This document shows, one piece after another, positions 29,273-38,869 of a DNA stretch of 64,000 nucleotides; position 1 is the first letter of the stretch; the number at the start of each line of letters is the position of its first letter. The DNA lies in assembly GCA_964630665.1 (NCBI GenBank), contig CAZVVN010000006.1, positions 1-64,000 of the forward strand. The letters are read 5' to 3'. This stretch comes from an uncultured Acidiferrobacteraceae bacterium (GTDB taxonomy: Bacteria > Pseudomonadota > Gammaproteobacteria > Arenicellales > UBA868). A program made the position numbers and the translations under genes. The notes under the pieces were generated by a model. It ran no database searches, was not told where the DNA came from, and worked only from the letters and a program-made list of their open reading frames with translations.

Positions 29273-30098
29273 AGTGCGTCCTGCGATACAGCAGGCTGTA
29301 GACCACCAGAAAAAGACCAATCATCACCAGTGAAAACAGTGTCGACGCCGTACCAAGTGCGAACAGTGTCGGTCGAATCCGCTGAGTCATCGATGCATTG
29401 ATATCCAGGGGCAGTGTGTTGAACTCTCCGGCCAGCAGGGTTGTGCGGGCAAATTCATCATAAGACAGCGTGAAGCCGAACAATCCGGCGGCAACGATTC
29501 CGGGCAGGATCAGAGGGAAAGTAACCTCCTTGAACACCGTCCACTCGTCAGCACCCATGTCTCGGGCTGCCTCCTCCAAGCTGGTGTCGAAACGATTGAA
29601 GACCGCCATCATGACCAGGAAACCGAACGGCAGAGTCCAGACCACATGGACGCCAAGGCCCGAAGACCACCATGCTGCTGGAATACCGATCTGCCTCATA
29701 AGAGTCGCCAGTCCCAAACTCAGCAGAATGCCTGGCACCATCAGGCCAGCCATGACCGTATAGAACAGCAGATTAGAACCTACAAATCGTTTCCGGAATG
29801 CCATTGCCAACATGGTTGAGAAAAGCGCCGTGATCACCATCACGATCAAAGCCAGGATCAAAGAGCGCAACAGTGCCCCCTGCATATCACCTACGGTCGA
29901 AGGCTCAACAAGTTTCTGCCACCAGTAAAAACTCGTACCACGCATCGGAAAACTGGTACCGCCACGGCGTCCCTGGAACGACAGAATAAACATAGCGATC
30001 ATCGGGCCGTAAATAAAAACCAGAAACAAACCGTAGTAGCTGCTGAACAACGTGGTGATCCATGCCCGTTTTTTTCTTTGCCTGGTCCAGCGCGCCAT
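29271..30098 (-). CDS. ABC transporter permease, PotC-like
   Basis: 275 aa, 6 TM, with the EAA loop motif EEAARDMGADEWTVFKEVTFPL. Confidence 0.8.
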   Translation of the reverse strand: MARWTRQRKKRAWITTLFSSYYGLFLVFIYGPMIAMFILSFQGRRGGTSFPMRGTSFYWWQKLVEPSTVGDMQGALLRSLILALIVMVITALFSTMLAMAFRKRFVGSNLLFYTVMAGLMVPGILLSLGLATLMRQIGIPAAWWSSGLGVHVVWTLPFGFLVMMAVFNRFDTSLEEAARDMGADEWTVFKEVTFPLILPGIVAAGLFGFTLSYDEFARTTLLAGEFNTLPLDINASMTQRIRPTLFALGTASTLFSLVMIGLFLVVYSLLYRRTH

Positions 30099-30100
30099 GG

Positions 30101-31090
30101 TTACAACTCCTTTCGGATGTTCACCAGGCGCAAGATAATCACCACGCCGATCATCATTGCCAGCATCAGCATGATTGCGTTGACAGCAGCGAACGGATAG
30201 TTTGCGATCGCGTAATAATTCAGAATGACAGTACCGACTGTACTGGCTTTGCCCCCGTAGACGACCACGGCCGTTGCAAATTCACCCATCAGCATGACGA
30301 ATATGAAGATCATGCCAATGGCCACCCCGGGCAGCGACAAAGGCAGGATGATCTCGCGAAAAATCTGGAATGCCGTGGCACCCATATCCCGGGCAGCTTC
30401 CAGAATATCGTTGTCGATCTTGGCCAGTGAGAAGAAGATCGGGCCCACACACAGGACCACATAGAGCTGCGCCAGCGCAGTGGTATAGCCAAATTCTGAG
30501 TAAAGCAGGAACCGGGCCGGTTTATCGATAATACCCAGTGATAGCAACAATGAATTGAGCAGTCCCCGCCGGCCGAGCATGGGCAGCCAGGCCACGGCCC
30601 GGATCAGGTAGCTGGTCCAGAACGGCACCATGCAAACCAGGAATAACGCCATCTGCCACTTGAAGCTGCTGACCCGCATGGCCAGAAAATAGGCGATCGG
30701 GTAACCGAGCAGGAGGCACAAGACCATCACTTCAAGGGTGTAGGCAAAAGTGCTGCCGAGAGTCCTGAGAAACACGCTGAGTCTCAGAAAATTCCTGTGG
30801 TCGGGGTCAAAAAATCCTTCCGCCAGAAAATACTCAGCGTAGTTACCGAAGTTAAGATCGGGCTCCAATCCATGACCTGTAGAAGTCCACAGGCTGAACA
30901 CAACAATACTGACCAGCGGAATCACCAGAAAGACAAGCAGCCAGACCGCACTGGGGGCGATCAGCCAGCCAACCGGGAACCCACCTTCTCGATGGCGGCG
31001 CTTCACACTGGCTTCGACCCCAGGGCGCTCGGGCGCCACAGGCTGGTCTCCGACCAGGCCCGGATGACTCGATGGCGTCAACGACTCCAT
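30101..31090 (-). CDS. ABC transporter permease, PotB-like
   Basis: 329 aa, multi-TM, with the EAA motif LEAARDMGATAFQIFREIILPL. It sits 3 bp upstream of the PotC-like gene. Confidence 0.8.
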   Translation of the reverse strand: MESLTPSSHPGLVGDQPVAPERPGVEASVKRRHREGGFPVGWLIAPSAVWLLVFLVIPLVSIVVFSLWTSTGHGLEPDLNFGNYAEYFLAEGFFDPDHRNFLRLSVFLRTLGSTFAYTLEVMVLCLLLGYPIAYFLAMRVSSFKWQMALFLVCMVPFWTSYLIRAVAWLPMLGRRGLLNSLLLSLGIIDKPARFLLYSEFGYTTALAQLYVVLCVGPIFFSLAKIDNDILEAARDMGATAFQIFREIILPLSLPGVAIGMIFIFVMLMGEFATAVVVYGGKASTVGTVILNYYAIANYPFAAVNAIMLMLAMMIGVVIILRLVNIRKEL

Positions 31091-31306
31091 GATTGTCCTC
31101 GAGAGCGGTTTACAGCACGGCAGCCGGGCCTGTGCCGCAGGCCGGCAAAGAAAAGCGGCGCCTCTACAGCCGATACCAACCAGGCTGAAAGAGTCGCCGC
31201 TTGCTCATTCTCCCGAGCGCAGGTGTCACCCGGGCATCCACACCCAGCCAGGCTATCCCTGGCCGGTCCCGGTTCAAGCCCACCCATGCCGCGGGCAGAC
31301 CTCTGA

Positions 31307-32596
31307 TCAGGCCGTCAGGAACTCGGTCCAGCGCTTGACCAGGTAGTCGTTCTCTTTCATCAGCGAGTTCCACACACCGATATTAGAGAAACGATCCCAG
31401 TACGACCCACCATCCCGGACCTCACCTTTAGGTACCAGCGGATTACCGAACGGGTCCATCAGTTCCTTGGCCGCAGGCTTGCCCAGGTACCAGTAGTCCC
31501 ACTCTTCCGGCTCAAGATGCTTCTTGACGTTCTCGGTCTGGGACATGTAGTACCCCTGTCGGGCCACAAACGCGCCACCCCAACCGCTCAACCACCAGTT
31601 GATATACTCGTAGGCCTGATCGAGTTTCTTACCGGACACCTTGTTCGAAATCGACAGTCCACCGTGCCAGCCACGATAACCTTCTTTGAGGTCAGCATAG
31701 ATACACGGCACACCTTCCGACCTGATTGCAGTCACTGCAGGCGACCACATGCTCTCGACCGCGACTTCACCTGAGACCATGAGGTTGACGGACTGACCGA
31801 ATGTCTCCCAGAACGCGCGGAAATGACCTTCCTGCTTTTTCTCGATCAGGAAGTCGATCAAAACATCGATTTCCTCACGAGTCATATCCCCCTTGTCCTT
31901 GAAATCGATCAGCCCAATAGCCTCTGCTGCCATGGCCGCGTCCATAACACCGATCTGCGGCACGTTCAAAAGTGCAGTTCTGCCCCGGTACTTCTCATCA
32001 AACAGCTCACCCCAACTCTCCAGCTTGCCACCGGTCTCTTCCGGGTTGTATCCCAGCGTGTCAGCGTTGTGCCAAGTCGGTACGGCTGAGACCCAGCGTG
32101 TCGGGCCATCCACCAGATCACCGCTTTCGTTCAGCCACAACTTCCGGAAAGGTGCGTCGCCGTCACCTTCCTTGGAGTCAGGTGTGAGCTTGCCTTTCTT
32201 GCTCAGGTCAGAGATAGAGTCCCACTCCTTGACCCGAGTAGTGTCTGTCGGGTGCCAGACTTTGGCTGGAATGAAGACGTCAAAGTCGTTGTAGTACCCT
32301 TCGGCGATGTCGTACTGGTCATTCTGGTTGAGCATCTTGCCGAACATGGCGCCATAACCCAGTGCCTGACCACGGATCTCGAATCCCAGGTCCTTAGAGG
32401 CCTGAGCCTGGATCTCGTTGATGATACTGACACCCAGACCAATGGTGCGCAGCGGTTCATTTCCCGTCGAGATGTAAGGGAAACTGGCGGCCACCGTGCC
32501 GGCCGCAACAGCTTTTGCCGTGGTTCCCATGAACTCACGGCGGGTAACATCAGTGCGCCCTTTGGCGGCGCTCCGTTTCTTCGTGGTGTCTGTCAT
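31307..32596 (-). CDS. ABC transporter periplasmic substrate-binding protein (solute-binding family 1, PotD/PotF-like) with Tat signal
   Basis: 429 aa. The N-terminal RREFMGTTAKAVAAGTVAASF is a twin-arginine signal. AAGGAGG lies 11 nt upstream of the ATG. Confidence 0.8.
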   Translation of the reverse strand: MTDTTKKRSAAKGRTDVTRREFMGTTAKAVAAGTVAASFPYISTGNEPLRTIGLGVSIINEIQAQASKDLGFEIRGQALGYGAMFGKMLNQNDQYDIAEGYYNDFDVFIPAKVWHPTDTTRVKEWDSISDLSKKGKLTPDSKEGDGDAPFRKLWLNESGDLVDGPTRWVSAVPTWHNADTLGYNPEETGGKLESWGELFDEKYRGRTALLNVPQIGVMDAAMAAEAIGLIDFKDKGDMTREEIDVLIDFLIEKKQEGHFRAFWETFGQSVNLMVSGEVAVESMWSPAVTAIRSEGVPCIYADLKEGYRGWHGGLSISNKVSGKKLDQAYEYINWWLSGWGGAFVARQGYYMSQTENVKKHLEPEEWDYWYLGKPAAKELMDPFGNPLVPKGEVRDGGSYWDRFSNIGVWNSLMKENDYLVKRWTEFLTA

Positions 32597-32613
32597 TTTT
32601 CAGTGTCCTCCTT

Positions 32614-32653
32614 GGTTTACTAAGTTGAACGAGTGTTTACTAAGTTGAACGAG
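32614..32653. repeat. Perfect tandem direct repeat (2 x about 20 bp, unit GTTTACTAAGTTGAACGAG) immediately upstream of the RBS of the substrate-binding protein gene
   Basis: Read directly: ttggtttactaagttgaacgag-tgtttactaagttgaacgag. The 19-nt core is identical in both copies. It is AT-rich relative to the surroundings and sits 1 nt before the AAGGAGG RBS (minus-strand orientation). Confidence 0.8.
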
Positions 32654-32787
32654 CTCCTGGTCATCCACGATACCAAATATCTTCAACGGGACAAATACCT
32701 CCTTGACACCTGTGCAGTCAGGCCAGCAGTGAAAAATTTCCACATTTTCGATTCAGGCTCCAGGTGTTACCTTTCAAGAATCAAGAC

Positions 32788-33264
32788 TTATGCCCTGACC
32801 GGTCGAATCAGCTTCAGCAGCCAGAAAATAACACAGAATATACCCGTGATGATCACCAGGGCGATCGTCGCTGCAATACGCCTGCCGAAATCCGCGTCAA
32901 ACCCATGGCCGCTCTGCAACAGATAAGTACAGACGTTCTGGACCGCCTGCAGGGTCGCACCACCGCTCAACAGAATCGCCGTGAAAGTCGATCCTCTCAA
33001 AGAGGTCAGAACCATCGATTCGATGCTGCGCTGCTGGACGATATGTACCTTATAGGCGTGCCAGTGAAATGTGCAGAATCCGATGATGCCGATTATCAGA
33101 GCAGCCCAGAAAATCGCATTGCTGTAGGTCACCCCATTGAGGACCAGAGTAAAGAGGTCCTCAAATGGCTGGAAGAAATAAAGGAACACCAGGACGAGAA
33201 TGAGCAGGAGAAATCCTACCAGCGTCCAGAACCACTGCCATCCTGTCATATTCACTGCACCCAA
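32788..33264 (-). CDS. Small polytopic membrane protein (unknown family), paralog of 20245..20811
   Basis: 158 aa with about 4 TM helices. It shares motifs with the 20245 ORF (see that entry). It is last in the string isochorismatase-hyuA-hyuB-membrane-membrane. Confidence 0.5.
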   Translation of the reverse strand: MGAVNMTGWQWFWTLVGFLLLILVLVFLYFFQPFEDLFTLVLNGVTYSNAIFWAALIIGIIGFCTFHWHAYKVHIVQQRSIESMVLTSLRGSTFTAILLSGGATLQAVQNVCTYLLQSGHGFDADFGRRIAATIALVIITGIFCVIFWLLKLIRPVRA

Positions 33265-33432
33265 AAATCTGTGGCCAATCGGAAATCCTATCCCGATCGT
33301 GCCTTACTAAACGCTAGTTATTACCCAGGGTAAGTGCGCTCGAGCCCATGTAATCTGAACCAAATCGTGCTCGAATTCAAGCAAACACCGCCCGGCGGGC
33401 TGTCAGACCCATGCCCACTCCAGCAAGTGCCC

Positions 33433-34476
33433 TCAAGGAATAGCCCTCAACAGCAACACAGCAAAAAGAATGACAAAAATACTGTCCCGTGCCGGTCCAC
33501 CACCGTGACGATCAGTACCCCGGGTCGCGATCAGTGCAATGATCTCGATAATCAGGAATATCAGCGCAAGTACGGCGAACGGCCATACGCTGGACCACCA
33601 GGACACGTCCTCCGATACTTCCAGTCCACGGTGCATCCGCCAAATTTGAAGCAACAACGGGATGATCGTGAAGTAACCATAGGCCACCAGGAACCGGTAG
33701 CGGGTCACCTTTCGATCGAGTAGCCAGAAGGTAAAAAAGAACAAGACAAGATTGAGTAAATCCCAAAACAGAACGTTGTAGTTTTCATTGCCGCCGTGTC
33801 TGACCAGGTTTAGGAACCCCAGAAACAGCAGAAAGGTCGCCGCATCGCAGAACACCCACTCCCTGAATGGTTCTCCTTTACCCTTGATCGACCAAGAGCG
33901 TGTCGCTTTGTCGAACAGCAGTACCAGCGACACTCCGAGAACTGCGGGATAAAGCAGGTAGACCACAAGCCGGTACTGATCGACCTTGTCGACAAAGGTC
34001 CAGTTCAACACCAGAAACGCGAGAACAAGTGCCGCCAGGCCCAGAAGCCGGGTTCCGCCCGGTGTCTGCGATAGTTCCGGATCGGTCGTATCCGCTACCG
34101 CGCCGGCGTCACGGGTTGTGGATCGCCCTCGGACGATCATGCCGACCAGGAAAGCAATCAGTGCGACCGTGCCGATGACCAGCATCGCAACCAGAAATAC
34201 CAGGGAACGTGTATCTCCCCGCCAGGAATCGCCACCCTCCATTCCACCGGGATAGAGGAAGACAATAATCACAATCACTGCAACGACGACCGCTACCAGG
34301 GCGAGAACTGCCAGCAGATATTCGAACCACCGGGCCCCGGCACGGGCAGATCCTGGAGCGGTAGCCCGCGCACCGCTTGCGACCCGCCGTACGACCAGGT
34401 GGACACAGAACGCAACAAGCGCTGCAGCCGCGATCGCGGCCATGACCAGGATAAATATCAGGGATTGTGTTTCCAA
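33433..34476 (-). CDS. Polytopic integral membrane protein (about 9-10 TM, unknown family)
   Basis: 347 aa, highly hydrophobic with regularly spaced TM-length segments. It sits directly downstream of hyuB (cluster 3) on the same strand with a 72-bp gap. Confidence 0.5.
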   Translation of the reverse strand: METQSLIFILVMAAIAAAALVAFCVHLVVRRVASGARATAPGSARAGARWFEYLLAVLALVAVVVAVIVIIVFLYPGGMEGGDSWRGDTRSLVFLVAMLVIGTVALIAFLVGMIVRGRSTTRDAGAVADTTDPELSQTPGGTRLLGLAALVLAFLVLNWTFVDKVDQYRLVVYLLYPAVLGVSLVLLFDKATRSWSIKGKGEPFREWVFCDAATFLLFLGFLNLVRHGGNENYNVLFWDLLNLVLFFFTFWLLDRKVTRYRFLVAYGYFTIIPLLLQIWRMHRGLEVSEDVSWWSSVWPFAVLALIFLIIEIIALIATRGTDRHGGGPARDSIFVILFAVLLLRAIP

Positions 34477-34548
34477 ACGTTTGCCTCCGACTCAGGAACT
34501 CAAGATTTCACGACAGGCAGGTAGTCTGAAACCCTTCGATCCCCGCAG

Positions 34549-36711
34549 TCAGTTATCTCGCAGAACTTTCTGCGCACATTTGAACAGGCTCTGGTCGGCG
34601 GCAGCCTGAAGGCGTGCGCCGATCGATGATGCGCTGGGGTTCTCATCGGTACCGGTTTCGCTGGCATAGGTGCCGTTGGCCCGCAACTCACCACGCACTT
34701 CGGCAAAACCTCGGCGAGAGGAGTAATAAACGACGTCAAAACTCCAGGCCTCACCAAACGCCTCGCGCAGGGATTCGATCGTTGAATCACGGCTCTGGCT
34801 TACACCAGAAACCGCTGTTTCAACGGCGGTCGACCTTCGGCCGGGTGCAGTCCGCTGGGCTGTTTCAGAGGTCGCAAGCCGTGATTCTCTGAGCGCAACC
34901 TCTTCGGGGCTGCGATCCCGGCTTTCACTCAGGGTCCCAGCCGGCTGACTGCGCATCTGGGCGCGGAGCGATTCGGTGGCAGTGTCATTGACCCTTTCTG
35001 CAGCCAGATCAACAACCACACCATAGGCCGCCTTAGCGTGTTCCACCGTACAGAAATCGTCCAGTACATCTTCTAGAACCTGCGACGCTGGACGTTCCAG
35101 TGGGTCGCCGTATCCGCCGCCACACGGTGCGTAGAACGCGTGAACCTCACCGGCTTTGATCTTCAGGCCGGAGAACTTGGCCGGCATCTGTTGAATGTCA
35201 TCCGGATCATCGACGTTGTAGATCTCGACCTTGCCGGTTGTTCCCGGCCAACCGCCGAATATGCCCCAAGGCACGTCATGGTGCCGTTCGTTTTCGTGGG
35301 TGATGAAACCGTCGGTGAGCACGCGCTGGGACTTGACCACACCGATACCACCGCGAAAGCGCCCGGCTCCGGGCAGCACATCGTCGCGAAGCTCATAACG
35401 GTCACAGATCATCGGCAAGTGCATCGCGAGGTCTTCCAGCGGATTGTTACGCGTATTGGCCATCAGGTTATCTATGCTGTCCGGGCCATCGGAGAGCGGC
35501 CGACCTCCATAGGCGCCCTCGTTGACTTCCAGAAAGACCCAGTAATCACCCGATGGCCTGACTCCCGAATAAGAGACAAAAGACAGCGACGCGGAACTGC
35601 CAGCGATGATCTGATCGGGTAGAACCGGCGCCAGAGCCTTATAAATGAGGTCGATCACCCGGTTGACCTGGGTAAACCTTGCTTCTGCGGCAGCAGGAAA
35701 CTCAGGGTTGTAGATCGAACCTTTGGGCGCGATCACCTTGATCGGTCGGAACGAACCTTCGTTGGACGGCACCTGGATCTCCGAGGTTTCGGCATCCAGC
35801 AGCAAAGAGCGGATCGCGCAGAAACATGCGACTTTAGTCGAACCTTCAAATGGCACGTTAAATCCGGTCTCGACCTGGTCTGATGAACCGGTCAGGTCGA
35901 TCTCAATCGAATCGCCTTGAACCCGCACGCAGACCTTGATGGGCAAGCGTACGTCGCGGTTTTTGCCGTCATCATCCAGATAACCTTCCGCACGGTATTC
36001 ACCATCCGGAATCTTGTCGATCTTCTGCCTCAGTATCCGCTCGGTGTAGTCCATCAGCTGGCCGGTGGCTGCCAGGATCGTGTCCTTCCCATAACGCTCC
36101 ATGAGTTCGACAAAGCGCCGCACACCCAGCTTGGCAGAGGCGATCTGAGCCTCTATATCACTTTGCAACTGTTTGGCAGCGCGGCTGTTTCGTCCCAGAA
36201 ACTCCCACAGGGCGTCATTGCGGACACCCCTTTCATAGAGCTTGGTACCGGCAAACAGCATGCCCTCGGCATAGACATCCGGTATATCGATGATCAACCC
36301 CGGGGTGGCCGCTCCGATATCTAGATGATGCGCGGTGTTAGCTGCAAAACCGACCAGCTGGTCCTGATAAAAACAGGGAATCACAATGGCAAGGTCAGGC
36401 GAGTGACTGGCTCCGAAGTAGGGGTGGTTGTGAAGCACCACGTCGCCCTCGTTCCAGACACCACCTTGCAGTGACTCCTGGATGCCGTACAGGTAACCAG
36501 GCAGAGAACCAATGTGCAACGGTGTCGACTCCGATTCACACAAAGTGTTGAAATCAGTATCAAACAGGCCGGCACCGAGATCCTGCGATTCGCGAATGAT
36601 CGACGAGAAGGACATCCGGTAAAGGATATGGCCCATCTCCTCGGCGATGGTATCCAGCGCGCCGCTGATGACCTGTAAAGTGATCGGATCTAGTTCGTCA
36701 GCTGCCATCAC
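34549..36711 (-). CDS. hyuB: Hydantoinase B family protein (HyuB-like) with a roughly 130-aa C-terminal extension containing a Rad52-like minidomain, cluster 3
   Basis: 720 aa. The Hydantoinase_B core is marked by DPITLQVISGALDTIAEEMGHILYRMSFSSIIRESQDLGAGLF... and GGGYGDPLERP. The C-terminal tail contains LREAFGEAWSFDVVYYSSRRGFAEVRGELRANG...LQAAADQSLFKCAQKVL. Confidence 0.85.
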   Translation of the reverse strand: MMAADELDPITLQVISGALDTIAEEMGHILYRMSFSSIIRESQDLGAGLFDTDFNTLCESESTPLHIGSLPGYLYGIQESLQGGVWNEGDVVLHNHPYFGASHSPDLAIVIPCFYQDQLVGFAANTAHHLDIGAATPGLIIDIPDVYAEGMLFAGTKLYERGVRNDALWEFLGRNSRAAKQLQSDIEAQIASAKLGVRRFVELMERYGKDTILAATGQLMDYTERILRQKIDKIPDGEYRAEGYLDDDGKNRDVRLPIKVCVRVQGDSIEIDLTGSSDQVETGFNVPFEGSTKVACFCAIRSLLLDAETSEIQVPSNEGSFRPIKVIAPKGSIYNPEFPAAAEARFTQVNRVIDLIYKALAPVLPDQIIAGSSASLSFVSYSGVRPSGDYWVFLEVNEGAYGGRPLSDGPDSIDNLMANTRNNPLEDLAMHLPMICDRYELRDDVLPGAGRFRGGIGVVKSQRVLTDGFITHENERHHDVPWGIFGGWPGTTGKVEIYNVDDPDDIQQMPAKFSGLKIKAGEVHAFYAPCGGGYGDPLERPASQVLEDVLDDFCTVEHAKAAYGVVVDLAAERVNDTATESLRAQMRSQPAGTLSESRDRSPEEVALRESRLATSETAQRTAPGRRSTAVETAVSGVSQSRDSTIESLREAFGEAWSFDVVYYSSRRGFAEVRGELRANGTYASETGTDENPSASSIGARLQAAADQSLFKCAQKVLRDN

Positions 36712-36732
36712 TTATATGCCCATGACGGGTAT

Positions 36733-38808
36733 TTAGTTGCTGCGCTCAATCGTCAGATTGCCGAACACACCGGTATGCGCTACGTAACCGGGCGGGATCA
36801 GTATGGTGGAGTTATGCTGTATGACGATCGACGGACCGGTGAGGATATGGCCCGCCCGCAATCGGCCCCGATCATATCGAGGCGTCTGTACGGCCCGTCC
36901 GTCGTCAAAAACCGTTTCGCGATGATAGAGAAGCGCTTCCTCCACCGTGCTGCCACCGGCCTCTTCCAGACTCGAAACCTTCAAAGGCGTCACCCGCTCC
37001 ATACCAATTACCCGAATGGTGATCAACTCCACCTCCCCGTCCTCGAACGCATAGCCATAGTCCAGACGGTGCTGCGCGTGAAAACCGGCGACGATGTTCG
37101 GCACGTTGTCCTGGGTCACTTCACCTTCGGGTATGTCCGCTCTCAACTCAAAGCCCTGCCCGTGATACCGGCACTCGGCAATGCGCTGAAACTGCTGACG
37201 GGCGGCCGGAACACCGTCGTTCTCAAGGTCTTTCCGGCACTCGGCTACCAGATCGCTGACCAGGGTGTTCATTCTCTCTATCGTGTCGGCGGAAACCTCC
37301 GACAGTGAACTGATCAGGGAACGTGCATGCTCGTACTGCATGTCGGTCTGCAGCAGGCCCATCGCGGCCGTGATCCCCGGAGCCACAGGGACGATGACGT
37401 TCTTTGCCGACACCGCCTCGGCCAAGGCAACGCCGTGCAGAGGCCCGGCTCCGCCGAACGGCATCAGGGAGAATTCCCGTGGATCGACACCGCGGGCCAC
37501 CGAGTTCGAACGGATCGCCAGAGCCATGTTCGAGTTGATTACCTTGATAACCCCGAGGGCCGCATCAGTCACAGAGACCCCGAGCGGCCGGGCAATTTTG
37601 TTCTCAACTGCGCGCCTGGCAAGTTCCTCATCAAGAAGAAGGTCACCGCCCAGCATCTTGTCTGCATCCAGACGGCCAAGAACCACTTGGGCATCGGTTA
37701 CCGTCGGTTCCTCGCCGCCAAGCCCGTAACAGGCGGGGCCCGGGTCAGCCCCTGCCGAACGGGGTCCGACATGGAAACCACCGGCAGAATCGACATAAGC
37801 AATCGAGCCACCGCCGGCACCGATGGTTACCAGATCGATCATCGGGACCAGTATCGGGTGACCGCTGATGTAGGAATCCCGGGCATTCATGATCTTTATC
37901 TGGCCGCCGGGTATGGTACTGATATCTGCAGAAGTTCCACCAATGTCGACAGTGATCATGTTCTCACTGCCGGACCAGAGCCCTTCTGACTTTCCGCCGA
38001 TCACACCCCCGGCGGGCCCGGACATCAGCATGTTGACCGCTCGACGTGAACTCGCCTCGATGGTTGAAATACTGCCGTTCGACTGCATGACCCGAAGATT
38101 CGCCCTGAAACCTTCACTGCTCAGTTTTCCCTGCAGGTTGCTCAGGTAGAAGGAGGTGCTTGGACCGACAAATGCGTTCATTGCGGCAGTCGAAAAACGC
38201 TCGTATTCACGCAGCACGTTGGCGACATCGGAGGATGTACAGACAAACACGCCTGGCATCTCCTGTTCGACGATCGCCCGGGCCTGGCGTTCGTGGCTGT
38301 CGTTGAGAAAGGAAAAAAGAAACCCGATGACGACAGACTGTATCCCCCGTTTCTTGAACAACGCCACCGCTTCAAGCACTTCGTTTTCATTCAGCGGGGT
38401 CTCGACTTCTCCGGTGGGTGGCATGATCCTTTCTGTCACCGGGATCCGATTGCGCCGCTTGACCAGTGCCCGGCTCTGCCAGGGTACGTCGAAATGCAGG
38501 GAGAAATTATGTGGCCGCTTGTGCCGCCCGATATGAAGAATGTCCCGGAAATTCCGGGTCGTGATCATCCCGACCTCGGCTCCGTTATGCTCGAGCGTGA
38601 TGTTCGTCGCGACCGTTGTGCCATGGACAATCAACTCGATCTCGTCAGGCTTGACCTGGGCCTGCTCACACAACTCGGAAAGCCCCTTGAGAACACCTTC
38701 AGACTGATCCTGCGGGGTGCTCGCGACCTTGTGAAAGTAGACCCCGTGGTCGGCTTCGAGCACCAGATCGGTGTTCGTACCTCCGACATCAACGCCTACT
38801 CTAGCCAT
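36733..38808 (-). CDS. hyuA: Hydantoinase A / oxoprolinase family protein (HyuA-like), cluster 3
   Basis: 691 aa beginning MARVGVDVGGTNTDLVLEAD. Hydantoinase_A core motifs run throughout. It sits 21 bp upstream of hyuB. Confidence 0.85.
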   Translation of the reverse strand: MARVGVDVGGTNTDLVLEADHGVYFHKVASTPQDQSEGVLKGLSELCEQAQVKPDEIELIVHGTTVATNITLEHNGAEVGMITTRNFRDILHIGRHKRPHNFSLHFDVPWQSRALVKRRNRIPVTERIMPPTGEVETPLNENEVLEAVALFKKRGIQSVVIGFLFSFLNDSHERQARAIVEQEMPGVFVCTSSDVANVLREYERFSTAAMNAFVGPSTSFYLSNLQGKLSSEGFRANLRVMQSNGSISTIEASSRRAVNMLMSGPAGGVIGGKSEGLWSGSENMITVDIGGTSADISTIPGGQIKIMNARDSYISGHPILVPMIDLVTIGAGGGSIAYVDSAGGFHVGPRSAGADPGPACYGLGGEEPTVTDAQVVLGRLDADKMLGGDLLLDEELARRAVENKIARPLGVSVTDAALGVIKVINSNMALAIRSNSVARGVDPREFSLMPFGGAGPLHGVALAEAVSAKNVIVPVAPGITAAMGLLQTDMQYEHARSLISSLSEVSADTIERMNTLVSDLVAECRKDLENDGVPAARQQFQRIAECRYHGQGFELRADIPEGEVTQDNVPNIVAGFHAQHRLDYGYAFEDGEVELITIRVIGMERVTPLKVSSLEEAGGSTVEEALLYHRETVFDDGRAVQTPRYDRGRLRAGHILTGPSIVIQHNSTILIPPGYVAHTGVFGNLTIERSN

Positions 38809-38869
38809 GATCGCGGTCCATTGGCCGGTCGCATCTGACGTTCAGTTTCCCCGATCTCATGGTCTGGTG

